In this document: in pieces, positions 41,597-53,001 of the stretch
Numbering within the stretch: position 1 is the first letter of the stretch
How the letters are laid out: each line of letters begins with the position of its first letter
Assembly: GCA_963705255.1 (NCBI GenBank)
Contig: OY970061.1
Span: forward strand, 2,528,001 to 2,592,000
From: an uncultured Methanoregulaceae archaeon
Lineage (GTDB): Archaea > Halobacteriota > Methanomicrobia > Methanomicrobiales > Methanospirillaceae
DNA: 64,000 nucleotides
Direction of reading: 5' to 3'
Notes under the pieces: model-generated
Seen by the model: the letters and a program-made list of their open reading frames with translations, nothing else
Databases searched by the model: none
Told to the model about the DNA's origin: nothing
Position numbers and translations under genes: made by a program

Positions 41597-42229
41597 ATGC
41601 CTGATAAGGGGAATGACAAACAGGAGGCGATCCTGGATACGGCACTCACCCTGTTCACCGAACGGGGCTTCTTTGGCACACCAACATCCCTGATATCGAA
41701 GGAAGCAGGGGTCGCGACCGGTACCCTTTTCTTCTATTTCAGGACCAAGGAGGATCTCATCGATACCCTCTACTGCCGGATCAAGGCTGAAGCCGCGGCA
41801 GCGATGTGCCGGGGGCTTGGAGAGGAACCCGGGGTCAGGGACAAGCTCCACCGGATCGGCAGGAACGCAGTATCGTGGGGGGCAGCATACCCGGAGAAGA
41901 TGAAGTTTCTCGAACTCTTCGCGCACTCGCCGTTTGTATCCACAACTGCCCAGGAGGAGGGGATGTCCCGGTTCCTGTTCCTGAAGGATCTCGTGGCGGA
42001 CGGGATCCGGGAGGGCGTGATCCGGGACCGCGATCCCCACCTCATCTTCAGCATGATGGCAACATCCCTCTCCGGACTGGGCTCCCGGATCTCCTGCACG
42101 GAAGACCCGGGCGAGCGGGAGAACCTCATCGAAGAGGGGCTTGACATCATCTGGAACGGTCTCCGGGCAGGACCGGATGGAGTACGGAAAGGAAGCAGGA
42201 ATACGGAAAAGAGGAAGATGACACCATGA
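41597..42229 (+). CDS. TetR/AcrR family regulator
   Basis: ILDTALTLFTERGFFGTPTSLISKEAGVATGTLFFYFRTKEDL. Confidence 0.92.
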   Translation: MPDKGNDKQEAILDTALTLFTERGFFGTPTSLISKEAGVATGTLFFYFRTKEDLIDTLYCRIKAEAAAAMCRGLGEEPGVRDKLHRIGRNAVSWGAAYPEKMKFLELFAHSPFVSTTAQEEGMSRFLFLKDLVADGIREGVIRDRDPHLIFSMMATSLSGLGSRISCTEDPGERENLIEEGLDIIWNGLRAGPDGVRKGSRNTEKRKMTP

Positions 42230-42951
42230 CGACAATTCTGGAGACAAAGGACCTGTCGAAAACCTATGGCGAGGTAAAGGCAGTCGACCATGTGACCCTG
42301 GCTGTCGGGGAAGGAGCCCTGTTCGGCCTTCTCGGCCCCAACGGGTCGGGCAAGACGACGATGATCAGGATGCTGACGGGCCAGACCCGGCCGACCGGCG
42401 GCTCGGCAACGGTTCTCGGCCTTGATGTGGTAGAGAACCCGGTCAAGGTCCGGGAGAAGGTGGGGATAATCCCCGAACAGGAGACCCCGCCCAGCTTCCT
42501 GACTGCCATGGAGTACCTGGATTTCGTAGGGGCGATCCGGAACATACCGGACGTGACGAAACGTGCAGACTGGTGGTTCGATTTCCTTGATTTCGGGGAC
42601 AAGAAAGATGTGCTCTGCAAGGACCTGTCCCGGGGGACCCGGCAGAAACTGATGTTTGCCCAGGCGTTCATCCATGAACCGGCGCTCGCTCTCATCGACG
42701 AACCGCTGATCAACTTCGACCCGATCATGCAGGACGTGGTCAAGGAGTACCTGTCGGGGTATGTCAAATCCGGCAGGACGATTTTCATCTCGACCCATAT
42801 CCTCGAGGTGGCTGAGGAGATCTGCTCGGGTTTTGCGATCCTGCACAAGGGAAAACTGCTGCATACCGGGCCGGTTGCCGAGCTGACCGGGAGAAACGAG
42901 CACCTGTCCGACTTCTTCCTCTCGCTTGTCCGGAAGGATCGCGATGCCTGA
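42226..42951 (+). CDS. ABC-2 type transporter ATP-binding protein
   Basis: GPNGSGKTT, LSRGTRQK, IDEP, STH. Confidence 0.92.
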   Translation: MTTILETKDLSKTYGEVKAVDHVTLAVGEGALFGLLGPNGSGKTTMIRMLTGQTRPTGGSATVLGLDVVENPVKVREKVGIIPEQETPPSFLTAMEYLDFVGAIRNIPDVTKRADWWFDFLDFGDKKDVLCKDLSRGTRQKLMFAQAFIHEPALALIDEPLINFDPIMQDVVKEYLSGYVKSGRTIFISTHILEVAEEICSGFAILHKGKLLHTGPVAELTGRNEHLSDFFLSLVRKDRDA

Positions 42952-44349
42952 ACTGTTCATCGGCATGATGAAAGAGGAGTGGCGTATCCATTCCACCATG
43001 TTCGGGAGCTTCTCCTTTGCCATGTTCCCGGTCATGATCTTCGGGATCGCGTTCATGGGCTCGTTCCTCCTCCCCCTGATGCGGACAGCGCTTCCCGCCG
43101 GCAACCTTGCGCTGGTCATCCATGCAAACTTCCTCCTGCTCGGGTTCATGGTCGGGGCGTTCGGGCTCCTGGCGGGCGAAGTCATGAACCGGCGGTTCGG
43201 CCAGGCAAGCCTCCTCTCGTATTCCGCCCGGAGCCTGCCGCTCCCGGAGCGGTTCATCTTTCTCAATTTTGTCATCAAGGACACGGTTTACTACTTCTTC
43301 CTCTGGGTCTTCCCCTTCGGTCTCGGGTATATCGCTGCGTCCCCGTTCACCGGTGTAACCCTGGTGCAAGCCCTCCTGCTCCTTCTTACCCTGACGCTCT
43401 CGTTCCTTTTCGGCCTGTGCGTGATATTTTTCCTTTCTGCAGTCTATGCCTATTCAAAACGTGCACTCTGGCTGCTCGTTCTCGTGCTCGGTGCAGGGTG
43501 GGGGGCCCTTGTTGCGGTGACCGGTATAAACCCGGCGCTCTTTTCCCCCCGCTCCTGCTCTATTCGTCGTTTACGCTGGTCAATCTCCTCGTTTCATGCG
43601 CGATCCTTATCGTCCTTTTCGGTGCGTCAATCATGCTTTTCAGCCCTGAATATTCGGGGCCCGCAAAAAAATTCACCAACGCATTTGCACCTCTTGTACG
43701 AAACCTGTCATTCTTCCCCCACCCGCCCCTTGCCGCAAAGGACATGATCGACATGTACCGGAGCGGGAGCGTGGTCGGCCAGACGCTTTTCTCGTTCCTC
43801 ATCCCGCTCGGCGTGATCTGGTTCTTCCTCTCCCTGCTCGGGCGGTACCTGCCCCCTCATGGCCTGTTGTTCATGTTTGCCATTCTCACCGGCGTGATCG
43901 GGTCGACCATGTACACATGGGTCACGATGTTCGACACCTTCGGCCCGTACGCCTGCCTGCCGGTCGCTGTCAGCACGCTGATCGAGAGCAAGATCGCCAG
44001 CTTCTCCCTGCTGCAGCTGGTGCCCGCAGTATTTATTGCGGTTGTCGCGACCCTTTCCGGAGAACTGCTGTATCTGGTTCCTGCCGCAGTCCTCTGCCTT
44101 TCGGTCTCGTTCTATTCGGTGGCGGTTACCGTCTGGCTTACCGGGCTCTCCCCCAGTGTGCTGGTGTATGACGTGAAAGTTCTCTTCACGTATCTCGTCG
44201 GTGTCGGGATTGCCCTCACGATCCTTACCGGGTTGGCATTCGCCAGCCCGGATTACGCATTTGTGTCGGCAGTTCTATTCGTGCCGGCGTGGCTGGTCGT
44301 CAGGAAAGCAAAGGTAAAGTGGGATGCTGTCGACCCGGCGGGATTTTAA
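42944..44349 (+). CDS. Multi-TM ABC-2-type permease (frameshift in C-run near 43548)
   Basis: Hydrophobic ORFs 42926..43747 and 42979..44349 join at PALF-PPLLLY; follows the ABC ATPase. Confidence 0.75.
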
Positions 44350-44445
44350 TCCTTTTTTGCTTTGGAGTATTTTTCCGGTAAAATCCCGGGGAACTGCAGT
44401 CCCCGGTTTCATCTACGCTGGAGAAATTATCAGAAATTCTCTCAG

Positions 44446-44670
44446 CGCTCTTGGGGGATGTCGATATGACGGAGTCATGGAGACAAGGGAGGAACGCATC
44501 AGCGTTCTTCGATTTCCGGAGAGGTTCATCAGGACCTCGAGGATAAGAAGAACTCATCGGAGTTCTTCGACTAGGTCGAAGGTCGGCTCACGCCTCCCTT
44601 CGAAGTTTGGCTCATTGCCTCACTTCTCTTCATCGAGGTTTTTGAGAAACCTCTCCGATTTCAGAGGTCT
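44446..44670 (-). repeat. Mosaic hairpin repeat, copy C (inverted relative to copy B)
   Basis: Begins CGCTCTTGGGGG; reverse complement aligns to 40005-40219. Confidence 0.9.
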
Positions 44671-46227
44671 CCTCCCCGGTGGCGTCCGCGCTGTTCGGGT
44701 TTTTTCCTGAGCAGGTGAAGTATTCCGGCACCAATGAAGAGAATGACGATGATGATGAGGGCCGGAAGAGCCCAGGATGAAAGATCCGGTGCGGGGGAAG
44801 CAGGACTGTTCTGGCTTGTCGTCGGTGCCGGGGCTGTTGTCGTGGTACTCACTACAGTTGACGTCGGGGAAACCGTTGTTGTTGTTTGTTGGGCTGAGGG
44901 CGCAACAGCAGTTATATACCCGGTCTTTGTCACTGAATCGCTGCCTCCGCCATTGACCGCGATGAGCGAGACCGAATATTTTCCCGGGACGGAATACGTA
45001 TGCGACGGGTTCTGCCGGGGAGATGTCGTTCCGTCACCGAATGCCCATGTCCATGCCGTCGGGTTGTTGGATGAAGTGTCCGAGAAACTCACCGTGAAAG
45101 GGGTGGGTCCGGAAGTCAGATCGGAAGTGAAGGAAGCGACAGGGCGTGCCGGGTTCACGGTAGTATAGTTATACTTGGTCACGCTCTGGTTACCGCCATA
45201 ATTTGTGGCCGTAAGCGAGACCGTGAACGTTCCCGGGGTCGTGTAGGTGTACACCGGGTTCTGGAGGGCTGACGTGCCGCCGTCACCGAATGACCAGGCC
45301 CACGCAGTGGGGGAGTTGATGGAGGTATCATTGAAGGTTACTGAAAGGGGTGCTGATCCGGAAGTTATGTTCGATGTGAATGCCGCAACCGGAGGCGGTT
45401 GTGCGGTTACTCCCACATACCCTGAACTGACCGTGGACGCACTCCCGCCATAATTTGTTGCCGTGAGCGAGACCGTGTACGTTCCCGGGGTTGTGTAGGT
45501 GTGGACCGGGTTCTGGAGGGTCTGACGTGCCGCCGTCACCGAACGACCAGGCCCACGCAGTGGGGGAGTTGGAGGACAGATCCGTGAAACTGACTGCGAG
45601 GGGCACCGTTCCCGAGGTTGTATTCGCGCCGAACGAGACTACCGGAGCCAATGCCTTATTTGCCGTGATGAAGTTCTGGTCAGAATAGGTGTTACTGCCA
45701 CCATAATTGGTCACGGTGAGCAATACCGTGTACGTACCGGGGATCGTGTACGTATGCGACGGGTTCTGGGAGGTATTCCACCCACCGTCACCGAACGACC
45801 AGGCCCACGCGGATGGAGAATTGGAAGAAGTATCGGTGAAATTAACCGTAAAAGGCACGGTACCGTAGGTTATGTTTGCGGTGAAGGAGGCAACCGGAAG
45901 TACCGGCTTGTTCGCCGTAATGTAATTGGATACCGTATCCGTGTTACTCCCGGCCGCATTGGTAACGGTGAGCGAAACTGTGTACGTTCCCTGCGTCAGA
46001 TACGTGTGCACAGGGTTCTGGAGCGATGATGTTCCTCCATCTCCGAATGTCCATGTCCAGGAAGACGGCCCATTGCTCGATACATCGATGAACTGGACCG
46101 TCATCGGCGCCTGCCCCGTGGTGATATTTGATGCGAACGCCGCAACCGGGGGGGTCTGATCAGCTGACACAGGGAGTATGAGCAGCATGATGGCAAAGAG
46201 CACAAGCCAGATACCTGTCGTCTTCAT
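44661..46227 (-). CDS. Cell-surface protein with five PKD domains, signal peptide, S/T linker and C-terminal TM anchor (frameshift near 45525)
   Basis: Repeated PVA.F..N.T.G..P..V.F.D.S...P..W.W.FGDG..S..QNP.H.Y...G.YTVSL..TN. Confidence 0.85.
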
Positions 46228-46623
46228 AGGTCCCCATCCAACAATCGTTTTACTCCGGATACATAACACGACAAGGTCTGCATATCTCCATCTCTCTGGA
46301 AATTAGATATTACGAATTGTTATTAAATAGTTGCCGATGGCGTTTGAGCAATCCGGGACCGGAAACCCCGTGGGGATACAGCGTATCTGCCTTTCTCTTC
46401 CATTTTTTCATCAGAAACCCGTGCGTGATCCTGTATTGGCAGACAATCCTCAGGCATAGGCCGCAGCAGAATATAAGCGAATGAGCAGAAAAATAAGGTT
46501 TCAACAGAGCCCGCGAATTCTATTGCCTCGCAAAAGGACCCAGGGCTGACCCGGGTCCGGCCCAGGTAATCTCTTTGTCAGGTACTTGTTCAAGGCGAAT
46601 GGTTATCCTGATGGAGGTCAAAC

Positions 46624-48021
46624 GTGAGAAATACACCGAACATGACAGCGCCGCAGTTCTTCCCGATCCCACGCGACCTTCGCGCTCTTGCATGCGATGC
46701 CGTGAACAGACACGTAGCACCACTGCCATTTGAACGGGACGGAGTCCGGGTGACTGAGGAACTGGTGGGCATCACGCTTGAGTGCCTCAACGCGGAATTC
46801 TCAAAGACTCTCGCCATCGTAGCAAAAGCAATGATTGCATCCCATATGCCGGAAGGACTTGACCGGTGTCTTGAGCAGCGGCTGAACATCGACGGGCGCC
46901 CGACATCCGCGGTGATCGCTGAAATAGTGTGCCGTGCCAGCATCGCTGAAAAGACCGAGGTACTTGACCTCAGCACGCACCGGAAGGTCCGGGGGATACG
47001 GTTGCTGCCATCCTGGACCTGGCATGGGTATTCCGAACCGCTGAAGACCGTCATGACCGTTGCCGACTCCGGATCCAGTTCCCTGTCATTATCATGGATG
47101 AATCTCTGTCCGGTCTGCAGGACCGGATCACTCAGCCGTGTCTCCGGCAGGCAGTTGTTTGGTCTGCCTTATACAGAATATTTCATCGAGTGTTCATATT
47201 GCGGTGCGAAATTCGTCCCTGCCGGGGAACAGTTCCGCCTGGTATCGGTAGCCTTTGTGCGGGACCCGCTATGGAAATCCAACCTTGACAAGACATATCC
47301 GCCTGAGACCTGGTCGGCCATCGCGCGAAATACCGGCCGGGTCTCACAAAAACCAAGGAAAGATCCCGACAGGGAAGAGCTGCATGAACCGGGCAAAAAG
47401 GCCAACTTCGGGGTTTTTCTCCCCATGAAGGACGGTTCCGGTGCAGTCCAGTGCGGACAGAAAACCCTCTATTTCAGACCCGCCCGGCTGGTATTTTCCG
47501 GGGGGGCGAAGAACGATATTTTTACCTGGGCACAAAAGTCACTCCATGAAATTCTTGAACTGCCCCCGTATCGTCACCTCAAGGAGCCTGTCCTTGCCCG
47601 GTACTCCCGGTACCTTTCTCTCAGGGTCGGTCTGTTCCTGTGGGAACGCAAGGAACGGCACGACCCCTTCTATCGTGAATTCCTCAATCCTTATGGCGAT
47701 GAAAAATACGGCAGTTTCCGGATGAAGGAATGCGATGAAGCAGGAAAAAAAGGAATCTTTCTGGTAGTCGAAGACGGGAGAATTGTCCATGCAGGCTGCT
47801 GCGATGACAGCTTCCGGAAGATGATCGATGAGTATCTGGGCCGCGTATCCTCGCATGACTGTTATCGTGACGGGGACAGCATACGGTGCAGGATCAACTC
47901 CCTGCTGGTTGCCAGAAAAAAAGATGCCGGGATATTTCTCCACTGCGTAGCTGATGATCAGGAGCGTCTGCACATTGCCGAAACACTTGGAGCTGCTTCA
48001 ACCGGTGCTCATGACCCTTGA
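46624..48021 (+). CDS. Hypothetical protein with zinc ribbon and degenerate GIY-YIG-like C-terminal domain
   Basis: CPVC...CSYC; KKGIFLVVEDGRIVHAG...SSHDCYRDGDSIRCRIN. Confidence 0.6.
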   Translation: MRNTPNMTAPQFFPIPRDLRALACDAVNRHVAPLPFERDGVRVTEELVGITLECLNAEFSKTLAIVAKAMIASHMPEGLDRCLEQRLNIDGRPTSAVIAEIVCRASIAEKTEVLDLSTHRKVRGIRLLPSWTWHGYSEPLKTVMTVADSGSSSLSLSWMNLCPVCRTGSLSRVSGRQLFGLPYTEYFIECSYCGAKFVPAGEQFRLVSVAFVRDPLWKSNLDKTYPPETWSAIARNTGRVSQKPRKDPDREELHEPGKKANFGVFLPMKDGSGAVQCGQKTLYFRPARLVFSGGAKNDIFTWAQKSLHEILELPPYRHLKEPVLARYSRYLSLRVGLFLWERKERHDPFYREFLNPYGDEKYGSFRMKECDEAGKKGIFLVVEDGRIVHAGCCDDSFRKMIDEYLGRVSSHDCYRDGDSIRCRINSLLVARKKDAGIFLHCVADDQERLHIAETLGAASTGAHDP

Positions 48022-48122
48022 AAAAATGGCAGAACACTCAGGAGTACCGATCAGAGAATTTTTCTTATCCAATGAGAACATTATAGTTATCCAGTCCGGA
48101 TACCGTGGATCGGAGCTCACTG

Positions 48123-49532
48123 ATGAAATGCCCATATTGCGGGATGAATGTACGGGATAATATCGTGGAATGCGGCTATTGCGGCAATAAAATACCCGGT
48201 CATCCGGGGAAATCTGCAGCTGCAGGGAGTAAACCGCCCGTCTCCGAAGGCACTCCGGGCCGTAAAGGGGGGGAGCATATACAACAACATGCAGATGAGC
48301 CCGGAAATGAGGATGAAGAGGGAGGTGGCCTTTCTGCATACCTTCAGCCTGGCGAACAGATCCGTATCGGTTCCCTCAATGTATCAGTCAAAAAATTTTT
48401 CTTCCACGCATACCTGACCGACAAGCGCATCTTCCTGATCGATACCCAGGAAAAGAAACTCAAGGTTACCGCCAAGGATGTCGCGCTCGATACGATAGCA
48501 GGAAGCATCGTCGAGCTCTCTGAAAACTCAGACCCTGTCCTCGTCCTGTCCATCCGGTCGCCGGATGACGAGATCAAGACAATGAAACTTGTCTTTGTCC
48601 AGAACGGTATGGATCGTTCGGCCGAGATTGACGAATGGATCTCCCTGCTCCAGGACAGCCACCCCCCCGGTAAACCTGCAAGGAAGACTTCAGCTGAGCC
48701 CGCAATGCCAGCGGAAGAACCGATATCTGACCGTCCTTTTGAAAGACCGGCGCGTAAGCAGGAACTCCAACCGACAAGGAAGCCGGTGAAGGATCACGAA
48801 AAGCAGCCCCCGGTCAAACGGCTCCTTTCGCTGTATAAAGTCCCCCAGGCAGAACCGGAATCCGGGCCCGGGCAGGAACCTGAACCGGAACCTGAGCCTG
48901 AAATTGTGACGCCTCCAAGACGGATGCAGGTGCGGCAGGTGGCTGAACCTGTGAAGAAAGTCGTTGCCACGGGATACACTAGGGAGGTCCCTCCGGTCAA
49001 GGGTTCAGAGGTCAAACCGGTAAGAAAGCCCGAAGTCCAGTCTGCCATGAAAGTCGCAATGAAAGGGGCTGTCAAGCCATTCCCGCAGCAGACTCCGCAA
49101 CCGGTGAAACGTTCTGTTGTTGAACCTGTGCGGCGACAACTGGAGGACACCGAGCCCGGGTACGAACCCGTCCCTCCCCGTCGTCCTGTTGTGGAGGAAA
49201 CGTATCAGGAAAAGCCTGCACAGGAAGAGGGAGGAGATACGCCCCAGTTCTGCCATAACTGTGGAAAAAAGCTCCCCCATGCAGCAAATTTCTGCCCGGG
49301 GTGCGGCACAAAACTGAACCAGGGAAGGACGTTGCCGCATACCAGCCATTCGGTGACGACCCCTGAAAAGCGAGCGACAAGAACAAATCCGCCCCCCCAT
49401 GAACACCGGCAGGCCCGGGAAGAGGAATCCGACGAAGATGAACCCGGGGAGGAGAGAGCGGTGAGGTCTCCCGTCAGGAAGGCGCCAAAAGGCAGCGAGA
49501 TGACAATCCTCCACAAATTTTTAAGAAGATGA
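48123..49532 (+). CDS. Zinc-ribbon / PH-like / Pro-Glu-rich disordered / zinc-ribbon protein
   Basis: MKCPYCG..CGYCG; LQPGEQI...AYLTDKRIFL (bPH-like); FCHNCG..FCPGCG. Confidence 0.75.
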   Translation: MKCPYCGMNVRDNIVECGYCGNKIPGHPGKSAAAGSKPPVSEGTPGRKGGEHIQQHADEPGNEDEEGGGLSAYLQPGEQIRIGSLNVSVKKFFFHAYLTDKRIFLIDTQEKKLKVTAKDVALDTIAGSIVELSENSDPVLVLSIRSPDDEIKTMKLVFVQNGMDRSAEIDEWISLLQDSHPPGKPARKTSAEPAMPAEEPISDRPFERPARKQELQPTRKPVKDHEKQPPVKRLLSLYKVPQAEPESGPGQEPEPEPEPEIVTPPRRMQVRQVAEPVKKVVATGYTREVPPVKGSEVKPVRKPEVQSAMKVAMKGAVKPFPQQTPQPVKRSVVEPVRRQLEDTEPGYEPVPPRRPVVEETYQEKPAQEEGGDTPQFCHNCGKKLPHAANFCPGCGTKLNQGRTLPHTSHSVTTPEKRATRTNPPPHEHRQAREEESDEDEPGEERAVRSPVRKAPKGSEMTILHKFLRR

Positions 49533-49598
49533 GGGGGATTTTCGCTCTGTTGAAACCCTATTTTTCTAAATCATTTTCTTATACTCTGCTGCGGTCAG

Positions 49599-49881
49599 GA
49601 GGGTGACCCCCTCTCTCAGATCGAAGAACTCTGACGAGTTCTTCTCCAGCCTGCTCTTCCCTTGGAGAACAGCAGTCTCCCCGGAGGGGGAGGCATCCCA
49701 AGGGGGCACCCCCTTGAATCTCTGAGAGGTCTTCAGACCTCGAAGAGGAGAAGATTTACAAAGTAAATCTTCGATCCCATTGTCGGCGGGATTTTCATCA
49801 ACCTTCTGAGGGACTATCGCTCTATGGGGGATGCCACAGTGGCGGGGGCGTAGGCATTATATGCCGTAGCCCCCAAGAGCG
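49599..49881 (+). repeat. Mosaic hairpin repeat, copy D, ending in a 64-bp inverted-repeat-bounded unit
   Basis: Shares GTGACCCCCTCTCTC..TCGAAGAACTCTGACGAGTTCTTC and CTGCTCTTCCC..GAACAGCAG with copy A, and GAGAGGTCTTCAGA..GAGGAGAAGATTT..AAATCTTCGA with copy F. Confidence 0.85.
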
Positions 49882-50161
49882 TCGTAGTATATCTTTGAGC
49901 ATTTCTCCAAAGCCGAATTCTCTTCTTGTTCTGCAGATTTATTCCGGAAAAATAAATTCATGTGAGTAAAATGTTTTCAGTTATTCCTGTCTCGTTAATT
50001 CAGATCTTATTTTTTACTGACCGTGGCCGATGGCAAATCCATACCTGAACAGAGAAAAAAAATTACTCACAATAATAAAAATAAGGCAACAATTGTATTT
50101 TTAGAAATTGTTATATGAACTCCAGTCCCTTGTACTATTACGAAGTTCCACGAGGAAATCA

Positions 50162-51364
50162 ATGAAGAGAAATATCAGGATCGAAGCACTGGACCAGATA
50201 CCCCTGGAAAAGCAGCGTATTGAACTCGTTGAGAGAAAATGTCTCGGGCATCCCGACAGTATCGCCGATGGTGTTGCAGAGGCGATCAGCCGGGCCCTCT
50301 GCAGGGAATATCTCGACGAATTCGGGGTAGTCCTGCATCACAATACGGATCAGGGAGAAATTGTTGCCGGCGAATCCGTGCCAAAATTCGGCGGCGGGAA
50401 AGTTATCCGGCCCATCTTTATCCTGATTGACGGGCGTGCAACAAAACGTTTCAACGATATTTCGATCCCGACGGATGCTATTGCAGTTGAAGCAACACGG
50501 GACTATCTTCGTACTCATTTCAAGACCCTGAACCTCGAACGCGATGTCATTATGGACTGCCGGCTCGGGACCGGCTCGACCGACCTCCGCGACGTATTCA
50601 AGCCCAAGAACGGGAGAGTACCCCGGGCGAATGATACGTCATTCGGTGTCGGGCATGCCCCGTTCTCCGATGTCGAAAATATCGTGAAAGGTGTCAGCGA
50701 TTTTATCGATGAAAAACTGCGCCCGAAGTATCCTGCCATCGGACAGGACATCAAGATCATGGGTCTCCGGGACGGCGAGACCATAACCCTGACGGTTGCC
50801 TGTGCCGTTGTGGATAAATACTGTGCCGATATCCACCAGTACAAGGAATATATGGAGATCCTCAAAGAGCAGATTGGCAAGATCTCAAAGAAGTTCACCA
50901 GACGAAAAGTTGTCGTCCACCTCAATACCGGCGATGACATCAAGAACAACAGCATCTATCTCACCGTCACCGGCACCTCGGCTGAAATGGGTGACGACGG
51001 ATCGGTTGGGCGGGGCAACCGCTGCAACGGGCTCATCACCCCGAACCGGCCGATGAGCATGGAAGCGACGAGCGGCAAGAACCCCATCAACCATATCGGC
51101 AAGATCTACAACCTGCTCTCAACCCAGATCGCCACAGACTGCGTATCGAAGGTGGACGGGATTGAAGAGATGTACATCCGTCTCCTCTCCCAGATAGGCC
51201 AGCCTATCGACCGCCCGCTCGTAGCCAGTATCCAGGTACTCCCGGCCTGCGGTGTCATGATGGAGAAGATCCAGGATGAGATTGACGGGATTGTTGACGA
51301 ATGGCTCGAGAACGTAACTGACATTACCGAGAAAGTAATCCGTGGCGAGCTCAAGACATTCTGA
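50162..51364 (+). CDS. mat: Archaeal S-adenosylmethionine synthetase
   Basis: [51 protein letters not shown]. Confidence 0.95.
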   Translation: MKRNIRIEALDQIPLEKQRIELVERKCLGHPDSIADGVAEAISRALCREYLDEFGVVLHHNTDQGEIVAGESVPKFGGGKVIRPIFILIDGRATKRFNDISIPTDAIAVEATRDYLRTHFKTLNLERDVIMDCRLGTGSTDLRDVFKPKNGRVPRANDTSFGVGHAPFSDVENIVKGVSDFIDEKLRPKYPAIGQDIKIMGLRDGETITLTVACAVVDKYCADIHQYKEYMEILKEQIGKISKKFTRRKVVVHLNTGDDIKNNSIYLTVTGTSAEMGDDGSVGRGNRCNGLITPNRPMSMEATSGKNPINHIGKIYNLLSTQIATDCVSKVDGIEEMYIRLLSQIGQPIDRPLVASIQVLPACGVMMEKIQDEIDGIVDEWLENVTDITEKVIRGELKTF

Positions 51365-51371
51365 TAGAACA

Positions 51372-52286
51372 ATGACAAAATCTGCAAAATCTCCAAAGAA
51401 ACCCCGTGACACCCCTTCTTTTTCTGATGTCGTACGGCTCGCGATCCCCAATAAGGGGAGGATTGCAACTCCCATCATGGACATCGTGGAGAAAAGCGGG
51501 CTCCACCTTGCAGAGAACGGTGAACGACGTCTCATAACGCGGACGCTCGATCCCCATGTGGAGATCTTGTTCGCCCGCCCTGTTGATATCCCGGAATATG
51601 TTGCCACGGGGGCTGCAGATCTCGGGATCACCGGTCATGATATGGTTGTTGAACGGCAGGCAGATGTTGAAGAACTTCTTGACCTCGAGTCCGGGAAAGC
51701 AAAGCTTGTGCTAGCCGTTCATGAGGATTCTGATATCACCTCAGTGAAACAGCTTCACGGCCTCAAGGTCGCCACCGAGTTCCCGGTTATTGCCCGCGCA
51801 TATTTCGAAAAACACGACGTGGATGTAACTATTGTCCTCGTTGGCGGTGCATGCGAAGCGACGCCCCACCTGGGAATTGCCGATGCCATAATCGATCTTT
51901 CAAGTTCGGGAACTACCCTCAGGACAAACCGTCTCCGCGTGATCGACGAGGTACCTGGAACCTCAACCTGCCTGATAGCGAACAGGGCGTCTCTCCGGAA
52001 TAAAAAAGAGAAGATCGATGAGATCCACCTTGCGCTGGAGAGCGTGATCCGGGCTCGCGGCCAGTGCTACCTCATGATGAACGTAAAACGCTCGTCACTC
52101 GATGCGGTGAAACGCGTCCTGCCGGGGCTGTCCGGTCCGACCGTGATGGAAGTCGCATCGAACGAGAACCTGGTCGCGGTTCATGCGGTGGTAAACGAGG
52201 AACGGGTTTACTCCCTTATCAACGCCCTGAAGCGTGCAGGTGCAAAAGATATCCTCGTCATGGCGATCCAACGGATGGTCCGCTGA
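51372..52286 (+). CDS. hisG: ATP phosphoribosyltransferase (long form)
   Basis: [36 protein letters not shown]. Confidence 0.95.
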   Translation: MTKSAKSPKKPRDTPSFSDVVRLAIPNKGRIATPIMDIVEKSGLHLAENGERRLITRTLDPHVEILFARPVDIPEYVATGAADLGITGHDMVVERQADVEELLDLESGKAKLVLAVHEDSDITSVKQLHGLKVATEFPVIARAYFEKHDVDVTIVLVGGACEATPHLGIADAIIDLSSSGTTLRTNRLRVIDEVPGTSTCLIANRASLRNKKEKIDEIHLALESVIRARGQCYLMMNVKRSSLDAVKRVLPGLSGPTVMEVASNENLVAVHAVVNEERVYSLINALKRAGAKDILVMAIQRMVR

Positions 52287-52290
52287 TAGC

Positions 52291-53001
52291 ATGAGAATTT
52301 TTCCTGCAGTCGATATCCTCGGAGGTCGATGTGTCCAGCTGGTCCAGGGAAAACGGGAGAGCGCCACCACCTATGGCGATCCGCTTGCCTGTGCAACACG
52401 CTGGCTCGACCAGGGGGCGGATGCCCTCCATATCGTCAATCTTGACGGGGCATTTGGCAGTTCTTCAAAAAATGCCGGGCTGATCGTCGATCTTGTAAAA
52501 AAGACCGGTGTCGAGATCGAGCTGGGCGGCGGGATCCGCTCGGTGGACGACGCTTCCCGCTGGCTGAATACCGGTGTTTCACGGGTTATCATCTCAACGC
52601 TTGCAACAGAGGACCCGGGTTCCATCGGGGCCCTTGCGGATGAGTTCGGCAGCGAGCGGGTGATGGCAGGAGTTGATGCTAAAGGCGGGCAGATTGCCGT
52701 GCACGGATGGCAGGACTCTGCGGGAGATTACCTTGACTGGGCGAAACGGTTCGAAAGCTCCGGGGCAGGATCGCTCCTTTACACCAATGTGGATATCGAA
52801 GGCCTGCAGCAGGGTGTCCGGTTCGGGCCGGTGAAGCGGCTGATAAACCAGGTACACATCCCTGTCGTGGTCGCCGGCGGAGTTTCTTCCCGGTCGGATG
52901 TCGCAGGCCTGCGGGACGCCGGGGCCTGGGGTGCAGTTCTTGGCTCTGCGCTGTACAGCGGGAAGATAGCATTGAAAGATGCACTGGAGGAATGTACATG
53001 A
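52291..53001 (+). CDS. hisA: ProFAR isomerase
   Basis: [29 protein letters not shown]. Confidence 0.93.
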   Translation: MRIFPAVDILGGRCVQLVQGKRESATTYGDPLACATRWLDQGADALHIVNLDGAFGSSSKNAGLIVDLVKKTGVEIELGGGIRSVDDASRWLNTGVSRVIISTLATEDPGSIGALADEFGSERVMAGVDAKGGQIAVHGWQDSAGDYLDWAKRFESSGAGSLLYTNVDIEGLQQGVRFGPVKRLINQVHIPVVVAGGVSSRSDVAGLRDAGAWGAVLGSALYSGKIALKDALEECT

